This document shows positions 56,805 to 64,000 of a stretch of DNA of 64,000 bases, piece after piece. The notes under the pieces are model-generated. The model saw nothing but the letters and a program-made list of their open reading frames with translations, made no database searches and was not told where the DNA came from. Both the position numbers and the translations under genes were made by a program. Location: sequence record KJ019143.1; one strand, given 5' to 3'. Position 1 is the stretch's first letter, and each line of letters opens with the position of its first letter.

Positions 56805-56935
56805 TGTACGGAAACACTAAGACTCAGGATGCGGCAAGACCTAAGAGAACCTCTCAAGGTCGTTCAGCAAACACTAAGATGAGTGCTACCTCACGAAACT
56901 CTCGTAAGAAGCGTTACCGCGGACAAGGTAGATAA
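56804..56935 (+). CDS. Small basic protein
   Basis: PKRTSQG..SRNSRKKRYRGQGR. Confidence 0.68.
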   Translation: MYGNTKTQDAARPKRTSQGRSANTKMSATSRNSRKKRYRGQGR

Positions 56936-56942
56936 GATATCT

Positions 56943-56973
56943 AACCACCTCTAAATACTAGGGGTGGTTTTTT
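56943..56973 (+). terminator. Intrinsic terminator with late promoter in its loop
   Basis: AACCACCTCTA-AATAC-TAGGGGTGGTT then T-run; TAAATA at 56952-56957. Confidence 0.75.
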
Positions 56974-56987
56974 AGTGCTATTTCTTT

Positions 56988-57596
56988 ATGGAAGTGTTGC
57001 ATGAGTTTTTGAATGTACATCCAGATGACATGTGGGTGTATAACAAACTACAACTTTGTCGTAAGTTGGAGTATATCTGTGGACCTCTAGGGGCACCAGT
57101 ACCCTTTCCTGGTTGGTATATCCTTAAGCCTGCTATAAACTTCCTTGGTATGGGAAGGAACTCAAGAAAGATATGGTTAACTCCTGAAGATAAGACAGAA
57201 AACTTTGGAATACCGGGTGAGTTTTGGTCTGAGTTCTTTGTAGGGGAACATATTAGTATAGATTATCACAAAAGACATCAGATATTAACTGTCAAGGGAT
57301 ACCCAGAGGATAAGAAACACATCTCTGAGTGCTCTAGATGGAAGAAGTGGACTAAAGTTGATAGAGAAGTACCATTCCCAGAAGTATTAGGGGATGTATG
57401 GAGGAACTATGCTACTATTAACATTGAATGCATTGGTGGAAATATGATTGAAGCCCATGTTAGAGGTAACCCTGACTTTGTTTGGGGTAATGAAGAGGCT
57501 ATTCCAGTGTGGAAAGGTGATAGAATAGATCCACCGGATGGTTATACATATGTCAAGAGTCCAGATTACGAAAGAGTTGGGTTCTACATCAAGTAA
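56988..57596 (+). CDS. Hypothetical protein, possibly ATP-grasp-like
   Basis: WVYNKL, YILKPAINFLGMG, FWSEFFVGEHISIDY, INIECIGGNMIEAHVRGNPDF. Confidence 0.68.
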   Translation: MEVLHEFLNVHPDDMWVYNKLQLCRKLEYICGPLGAPVPFPGWYILKPAINFLGMGRNSRKIWLTPEDKTENFGIPGEFWSEFFVGEHISIDYHKRHQILTVKGYPEDKKHISECSRWKKWTKVDREVPFPEVLGDVWRNYATINIECIGGNMIEAHVRGNPDFVWGNEEAIPVWKGDRIDPPDGYTYVKSPDYERVGFYIK

Positions 57597-57663
57597 ATAA
57601 AGTATCAGGGGATAGAAACCCCCTTAAAAGTTCTATAACTGTTGTTTTTAGGACTATAGTACT

Positions 57664-57801
57664 ATGGGAAGACCAGTAGATCGTTCAGAAGGAGTTCTTT
57701 TAGTCACCGATTATGGTGCTCTTGAGTGGGCATTGAAGAAAAAGAAGGAAATGTCTAAGAGATGTCCGTCATGTTCTTGTCAGACAAAGGCAACTTCCTG
57801 A
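57664..57801 (+). CDS. Small hypothetical protein (45 aa)
   Basis: MGRPVDRSEGVLLVTDYG; after TAAATA 57594-57599. Confidence 0.5.
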   Translation: MGRPVDRSEGVLLVTDYGALEWALKKKKEMSKRCPSCSCQTKATS

Positions 57802-57835
57802 TAATACACTAAATACAACTAAATACGCAACAATA

Positions 57836-58240
57836 ATGGCAGAAGTCACACGTATTTCTAGGGCATTTAAGGACATTAGTCTCTCGTTCAAACCTCATCC
57901 GGTTACGGGAGATATTTCTGTGCTCAAAAACGAGAGAGCGATCAACAAATCTGTACAGAATATCGTCGAAACCATTCCTGGTGAGAAGTTTTTCAATCCT
58001 AACTTTGGTTCTGACGTTAGATCAATGCTTTTTGAGTTAGTTGACTTTGGTAGTTCCGCATTAATTGAGGATCAGATCCTAACTTCCATTAATAACTACG
58101 AACCAAGAGTTAATAAAGTAAAAGTATCGGTAGATCCGAGACCTGATACTAATGAATTCGAGGTTACTGTTAATTATGAAATCATAGGACAACCATTTCC
58201 TTCCCAAACATTCACATTCATCTTAGAGGCAACTAGGTAA
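57836..58240 (+). CDS. gp25: Baseplate wedge subunit
   Basis: FKDISLSFKPHPVTGD, IPGEKFFNPNFGSD, INNYEPRV; tandem TAAATA at 57810 and 57820. Confidence 0.95.
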   Translation: MAEVTRISRAFKDISLSFKPHPVTGDISVLKNERAINKSVQNIVETIPGEKFFNPNFGSDVRSMLFELVDFGSSALIEDQILTSINNYEPRVNKVKVSVDPRPDTNEFEVTVNYEIIGQPFPSQTFTFILEATR

Positions 58241-60165
58241 TGGCATTTACTAAGTTCACTAACCTAGATTACGACCAGATTAAGGCGTCTATTAAGGATT
58301 ATCTAAGAGCAAACTCAGATTTCACTGGGTTTGACTTTGATGGTTCTAACTTTTCTGTGCTAATTGATACTTTAGCATACAACGCCTACATCAACTCAGT
58401 AAATGCCAACATGATTGTCAATGAATCCTTTTTGGATTCAGCAGTCGTTAGGAGAAACGTGGTTTCTCTTGCTGGAAATATCGGATATCTACCAAGATCA
58501 AAGAAAGCAGCACAAGCAAAGATTACACTTACTATTGCAACCGCCTCAGATACTCCTACGCTCACCCTGAAGGCGGGTTTGGTGTGTGTTGGGGCACAAG
58601 ATAACACAAACTATGTGTTCTCCATTCCAGAGGATATTACGACACTAGTAAATGATGGGGTTGCTCAGTTTGGAACTACTGAAGATCCCATTACTGTCTA
58701 CCAAGGAACATATTTACAGAACTCCTTTACCTATGATGGGTCCTTAGATCAGAGATTCATCATTACCAACTCCAATATGGACTACAGTACCCTTGTGGTG
58801 CGTGTTAAAGATCAAAATGAACAGACTCCTGGTAAAGTCTGGAACAGGGTAGAGAATATTATCAAGATCAATAGGGATAGTGAGATATATTTCTTAGCAG
58901 AAGTTGAAAAGGAGTACTATGAACTCCTATTTGGTGATGGAATCTTTGGTAAGAAGCTAAAACAGGGACAACAACCTGTTGCAAGTTACATTTTGACTGA
59001 TGGGTCATCAGGAAATGGACCTTCTAAGTTCAGTTATTCGGGTTCTGTGGTTAGTTCGACTGGTGGAGTGATAATCCCTACCAATACCATCGATATAACC
59101 ACTGTAGAGAGTGCTAGGAATGGTGCAAATATTGAATCTGTTGACTCTGTAAGGTATTATGCACCCAAACTCTATGGTGCTCAGTATAGAAGTGTAACTG
59201 CTCGTGATTACGAGGGTATTATTAAGGAAATTTACCCAAATACGGAGTCTGTCTCTGTTGTTGGTGGTGAAGAACTCGATCCACCCCAGTTTGGTAACGT
59301 TTTAATCAGTATCAAACCGGTAAATGGTACCGAAGTCTCTGATTTTGACAAAAAGAACATATTGGAGGGGTTGAAACAGTACACAATCGCTGGAATCAAC
59401 CAACAACTAGTGGATCTTAAGATTCTATTCGTCGAATTGGACTCTTATGTCTATTATGATGTAACTAAAGTGGCATCTGCTGACTCTTTGAAGACAGAAG
59501 TCATTGGTTCACTCAATACTTACGCAAAATCAGTCGATCTTAACAAGTTTGGCGGTAGATTCAAGTATTCAAAGGCACAGAAGGTAATTGACGACACCAG
59601 TATCGCTGTTACCTCCAATATTACTCGTGTTGTTATCCGTAGAAACCTATCTGCAGCGATTGGGCAATTTGCACAGTATGAATTGTGCTTTGGTAACGGT
59701 TTTCACATCAAAGCATCAGGTGGAAACATCAAAACCACTGGTTTCCGCATTACTGGGTTGAATGATGTTGTATACTTAACAGATACACCAAATAAAGATG
59801 CAAATGGAAATGTAGATAACTCAGGGAAGGGTAAGATTTCCGTAATTACTGGAATTGCCGATGATAATGGTAGTTTCCGATATACTGTTGTTATTGATAA
59901 GGCAGGAACAGTGGATTATACAAAAGGAGAGATAATGTTGAACACTTTACAGATAAGTTCTACTGTTAAACCCAATAGAATTGTTGAAGTGCAGGCATAC
60001 CCAACATCTAATGATATTATTGGTTTGAAGGACCTTTATGTGTCACTAGCTGTTCCTGATAGTGAGATAAATATGGTTAAGGATACTATTACCAGTGGTG
60101 AGCAAATCTCTGGTGTAGGATTCAAAGTAACCTCCAGTTACGGCAACGGCAAGTTAACACGGTAA
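58240..60165 (+). CDS. gp6: Baseplate wedge subunit
   Basis: NLDYDQIK, FTGFDFDGSNFSVLIDTLAYN, FGDGIFGKK, QYRSVTARDY. Confidence 0.95.
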   Translation: MAFTKFTNLDYDQIKASIKDYLRANSDFTGFDFDGSNFSVLIDTLAYNAYINSVNANMIVNESFLDSAVVRRNVVSLAGNIGYLPRSKKAAQAKITLTIATASDTPTLTLKAGLVCVGAQDNTNYVFSIPEDITTLVNDGVAQFGTTEDPITVYQGTYLQNSFTYDGSLDQRFIITNSNMDYSTLVVRVKDQNEQTPGKVWNRVENIIKINRDSEIYFLAEVEKEYYELLFGDGIFGKKLKQGQQPVASYILTDGSSGNGPSKFSYSGSVVSSTGGVIIPTNTIDITTVESARNGANIESVDSVRYYAPKLYGAQYRSVTARDYEGIIKEIYPNTESVSVVGGEELDPPQFGNVLISIKPVNGTEVSDFDKKNILEGLKQYTIAGINQQLVDLKILFVELDSYVYYDVTKVASADSLKTEVIGSLNTYAKSVDLNKFGGRFKYSKAQKVIDDTSIAVTSNITRVVIRRNLSAAIGQFAQYELCFGNGFHIKASGGNIKTTGFRITGLNDVVYLTDTPNKDANGNVDNSGKGKISVITGIADDNGSFRYTVVIDKAGTVDYTKGEIMLNTLQISSTVKPNRIVEVQAYPTSNDIIGLKDLYVSLAVPDSEINMVKDTITSGEQISGVGFKVTSSYGNGKLTR

Positions 60166-60177
60166 TAGGTATTAAAC

Positions 60178-63100
60178 ATGATCGGTACTGAGCTAGGTAT
60201 TGACGTGAGAGTTAAGATTCAGGATGTGGTTTCCTCACAACTTCCTGATTATATTTTAAGTGAAGCTCCACTCACCGACGATTTTCTAAAACAGTTTTAC
60301 ATATCTCAGGAATACCAAGGCGGTACTGTAGATTTTGCGTCAAACCTAGATCAATACCTCTCTCTGACAACACTTGGCAGTGAGAATCTTTATACTGCCT
60401 TTGAACTTACACAAGATGTAAGTATTGATGATACTATTATTCATGTTAATACTACAAGTACTTTCCCCAATGAATGGGGTCTTCTAAAGATTAATGATGA
60501 GATTGTCACCTATACCGGTCTCACCACAAACACCTTCACTGGAGTTGTAAGAGGTTTCAGTGGTATTTCTAGTTACAGAGATTCTGATAATCCTTCCGAA
60601 CTTGTATTTGAAACCACAACCGCTGCCACTCACACTACAGAAACCAATGTTGAGAATCTATCAACACTCTTCCTAAAGAATTTCTACGACAAACTCAAGT
60701 ATACCTTTGCTCCTGGTTTTGAGAACCTAGAGTTCAATAGTGAAGTTAGTGTTGGTCAGTGGATTCGTCAGGCAAGATCATTCTACCAATCTAAGGGTAG
60801 TGAAGAGTCCTTCAAGATTCTATTCAGAGTATTATATGGTGAAGATCCTCTAGTTATTGATCTAGAGCAGTTCCTTATCAAACCTTCCCAAGCAGAGTAC
60901 TCTAGAAGGGACTATGCGGTTGCTATTCCAGTCAGTGGTAACCCTATAACCCTCAAGGGTAAGACAGTGTATCAGAGTGATGCAGAGGACGTGTTTGGTG
61001 CCATCTCAGAGATTGAGACATTTACTAGAGATAACAAATTATATTACAGAATCTACTTCTTTGTTAGTAATGATGAAATTGCTAATGAGAGAAAACTATT
61101 CACTATCCCTGGTAGATCAAGAACACAGAGAGGATGGAATCAGGGTGACACTACAATCACTGTAGATACTACTCTTGGGTTTAGGGATAACAACGAGTTT
61201 ATCACTGAAGATGGAACTAAGTTTACATACTTGGAGAGAACTGTTAATCAGTTCCTAGGTGTTGAGTGTAGTGATACAGAGAAAACACTAGGTACTAATG
61301 AAGATATCATTGATGATATTACTATCTTTGGTATTAATGATGCTGGTGAGACTGTCTCACTACGTATGACTGGTGTTATCTCTGATATTGAGTTCCCCGA
61401 TGAAGTCCCATTCACTACACCTGGGGAGAAGATATCTGTAGATACCTTAGGTGAGAATATCATCTCTGCTGATGTAACTAGAAGTGAGCCTACACAGAGA
61501 CAGATCATTGCTAATAGTTTCATCTATAACACTTCAGTAAGAATGGAAGTAGATGAACTCAATGGTTCTGATTTCCAAATCAATACTGCCTACTTAGATA
61601 AAGCTTTCATTTCTCCTGGTGACTCTGTTGATATTCTCCAAAGAGGCTCGCAGCTTGTCTATGTCGCTAATCGCAAAGTAACCTCAGTTGACTATCTCAA
61701 TAGTATTATAACAATCAATGACTCATTTGGCATCCCTTTAGATCAATCACTTGATATCAGAAGGAATCAGAACTATGCAAAGAGTAGCACTACAGATATT
61801 GAGTATGGTCAGAACTCTGTTCTATCCAATGTTCTGAACCTTTATGATGCAACAGAGTTTGATGGTAACTTCTATGTTGCAACTAACTCCCTACCTTCCT
61901 ATGATATGGAAGTTAAAGTTGTTGAGAGTATTCTTACTGGAGTTACTACTTCTAACTTTGAAGGATATAACTCATTCACTGATCAGTACTCAACAATTAT
62001 CTTTGATTCTGCCACTTCATTCATAACTGGTGATCTAATTTCATATAGAGTTATCTCAGTAGAAAGAACAGGTATTCCCCTTATCACTGAAGGTGAATAC
62101 TTTGTAGAGGTTCTCAGCAACCCCAGAAAGATTAAACTATATGTATCACCTTCCTTTATTGGAAGTGATAACTTTGTTGGATTCGTGTATAACGATGCAG
62201 TAGGTGCTCATGCATTCACTCTAGAGGAACAGAAAGATAGAAGAATCAATACTAAGAATGTATTCAAGAAGATTCCCTTCACAGCAACCAAACAGAATAT
62301 CACTATCCCTAGAACACCCGATGTAACCCCCTCAGGTTCCCCTGTGGCAGTTCTTACTAATGGTGTAGAGGTATTGTCATATAAGTCACCAGATAAGGTG
62401 TTCTTGGGTCCTTTAGAAGAAGTTGTTCCTGTTGCTTCTGGTGAGGGTTATAGTGTTATTGGACCACCCAATATCCTAATCACACCACCTAATATTCAAG
62501 TTACAGATCCAACTGGTATTCCTACTGATGGTGGTGTTGCTAGAGTATCACCAGTTATCTCTGGTAGGTTGAAGAAGATCTATATCGATCCACAAGACTT
62601 TGATATTGAGGAAGTATTCTCAATCACTGTTGTTGGTGGTAACAGTCGTGGTGCCACAGCAAAACCACAGATTTCTAAGAGAACTCGTTCTATCCCCTTT
62701 GATACGAGACTTGATATCTACGGTGGTGGTATTAATCCAAATGAAGAGACCATCCTATTCTTAACTGAACACAAACTCGCCAAGGGTGATGCAATTATCT
62801 ACGAAAACAACGATACACAAAGTATTGGTGTTAATGTTGCTGGTGGTAGTAACATCTATAATGGCCAGACACTATCTAACGGTGCTGTGTATTTTGCAGA
62901 ACCCCTTAATAATGTAACCATTAAGATCTATGAGACTCTAGAAGATTTGAACTTGGGTATCAATACCGTTGGGTTCACTTCAAGTCAAACTGGGTTTGGT
63001 GTTCAGGACTTTACTACTATTCCTAGAAACCAACTCACTGGTGCTCTCATCACAGATGATGGTGGTGAGTTTGTATATCGTAAGATGGAGTTCCAACCAG

Positions 63101-64000
63101 AGAACATCTATCCTGAGTATGATGAGTTGAGATACGACGGTCATGGTTTCTCCAGTGGTGATTTGGTGGAGTATGGAACCTTTGGTTCTGTTGTTGGTGG
63201 TCTATCTACTGAGAAGCAATACTATGTTGATGCTTTAGATGAAAATATCATCAAACTATCTGATGCCGGTATTGGTGGAACAAGTAGGTTTGACTATGAT
63301 AGGAAGGACTATGTTGATTTCACCAACATTGGTGTTGGAACACAGTTTATCAAGTACCCTGATGTCACTGTCAATGTTGTAGTATCCTATGCCTCGTCTA
63401 TCACTGGTATCATTACAGCAACACCTATTATCCGCGGTGGTATTATTCAAACTTATGTTGATACTGGAGGATACTATGGTTCTGATATTCTCAACTTCGC
63501 CAAGACACCAGAAGTAACAGTTCAGACTGGTGAAGGTGCTAGAATCAAACCAGTTATTGTTAATGGTAAGGTTACCACAGTTCAGATTCTAAGTAAGGGT
63601 ATCAACTACCCACCCACACCAGATCTTCGTGTTATTGATAAGTCTCGTAAAGGTGCTGGTGCTCTTCTTCGCCCAGTAGTTATTGATGGTGCTATCCAGA
63701 GTGTTGTTGTTATTAGCACTGGTGAAAACTATGATCCATTGAATACTGATATTACAGTAATTGATACTGCTAGACGATGTATTCTTGTTCCTAGAATTAC
63801 ACCTCTCACAGTTAATACCTTTGCTAGATTTGGATTCGAAGGTCTATCTAATAATGACTACTCGGTTGTTGCCTATGACAGAAAGATTCGTGAGGATGTA
63901 TATGGTGACCTAGGTGCTTCCCACTCACCCATCATTGGTTGGGCAAACGATGGTAACCCCATCTATGGTGGTTTTGGTTTCGATGATCCAGAGAACTCCA
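60178..64000 (+). CDS. gp7: Baseplate wedge initiator, 3'-truncated by window end
   Basis: Not in ORF track (no stop). MIGT..SQLPDYI..FLKQFYISQEYQGG, FYQSKGSEESFKILFRVLYG, HSPIIGWANDGNPIYG in frame at window end. Confidence 0.9.
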   Translation, partial: MIGTELGIDVRVKIQDVVSSQLPDYILSEAPLTDDFLKQFYISQEYQGGTVDFASNLDQYLSLTTLGSENLYTAFELTQDVSIDDTIIHVNTTSTFPNEWGLLKINDEIVTYTGLTTNTFTGVVRGFSGISSYRDSDNPSELVFETTTAATHTTETNVENLSTLFLKNFYDKLKYTFAPGFENLEFNSEVSVGQWIRQARSFYQSKGSEESFKILFRVLYGEDPLVIDLEQFLIKPSQAEYSRRDYAVAIPVSGNPITLKGKTVYQSDAEDVFGAISEIETFTRDNKLYYRIYFFVSNDEIANERKLFTIPGRSRTQRGWNQGDTTITVDTTLGFRDNNEFITEDGTKFTYLERTVNQFLGVECSDTEKTLGTNEDIIDDITIFGINDAGETVSLRMTGVISDIEFPDEVPFTTPGEKISVDTLGENIISADVTRSEPTQRQIIANSFIYNTSVRMEVDELNGSDFQINTAYLDKAFISPGDSVDILQRGSQLVYVANRKVTSVDYLNSIITINDSFGIPLDQSLDIRRNQNYAKSSTTDIEYGQNSVLSNVLNLYDATEFDGNFYVATNSLPSYDMEVKVVESILTGVTTSNFEGYNSFTDQYSTIIFDSATSFITGDLISYRVISVERTGIPLITEGEYFVEVLSNPRKIKLYVSPSFIGSDNFVGFVYNDAVGAHAFTLEEQKDRRINTKNVFKKIPFTATKQNITIPRTPDVTPSGSPVAVLTNGVEVLSYKSPDKVFLGPLEEVVPVASGEGYSVIGPPNILITPPNIQVTDPTGIPTDGGVARVSPVISGRLKKIYIDPQDFDIEEVFSITVVGGNSRGATAKPQISKRTRSIPFDTRLDIYGGGINPNEETILFLTEHKLAKGDAIIYENNDTQSIGVNVAGGSNIYNGQTLSNGAVYFAEPLNNVTIKIYETLEDLNLGINTVGFTSSQTGFGVQDFTTIPRNQLTGALITDDGGEFVYRKMEFQPENIYPEYDELRYDGHGFSSGDLVEYGTFGSVVGGLSTEKQYYVDALDENIIKLSDAGIGGTSRFDYDRKDYVDFTNIGVGTQFIKYPDVTVNVVVSYASSITGIITATPIIRGGIIQTYVDTGGYYGSDILNFAKTPEVTVQTGEGARIKPVIVNGKVTTVQILSKGINYPPTPDLRVIDKSRKGAGALLRPVVIDGAIQSVVVISTGENYDPLNTDITVIDTARRCILVPRITPLTVNTFARFGFEGLSNNDYSVVAYDRKIREDVYGDLGASHSPIIGWANDGNPIYGGFGFDDPENS

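Noticed and set aside
1-64000. tRNA, rRNA, group I introns, inteins
   Set aside because: No cloverleaf or T-loop signature noticed by eye, and no interrupted core genes; tRNAscan and Infernal were not run

Overview
This window is part of a T4-like marine cyanophage (cyanomyovirus) genome with three zones. (1) 1-27.2 kb: gp32 SSB, plastocyanin, a T4-type tail/baseplate module (gp4, gp48, gp53, gp26, gp51, tape-measure-like paralogs, a lysozyme/M23 protein, split gp5), a collagen-like fibre with adjacent methyltransferase, glycosyltransferase and 2OG-Fe(II) oxygenase genes, and large fibre proteins under TAAATA late promoters. (2) 27.2-54.9 kb: an accessory early region of about 80 small + strand ORFs, divided into cassettes by about 31 copies of an ~85-bp element (24-bp palindrome, sigma70-like -35/17 nt/-10, shared leader). 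(3) 54.9-64 kb: an HNH endonuclease, small conserved-type ORFs, gp25, gp6 and 3'-truncated gp7. Main finds: a complete -1 ribosomal frameshift signal joining gp26 to gp51; the cassette array, whose palindrome often supplies the upstream stop codon; a twice-repeated ~160-bp non-coding element with invariant block spacing; a candidate replication origin at 53.3-53.7 kb; and a possible fibre-glycosylation/hydroxylation operon. Family assignments come from motif recognition only; no searches were run.
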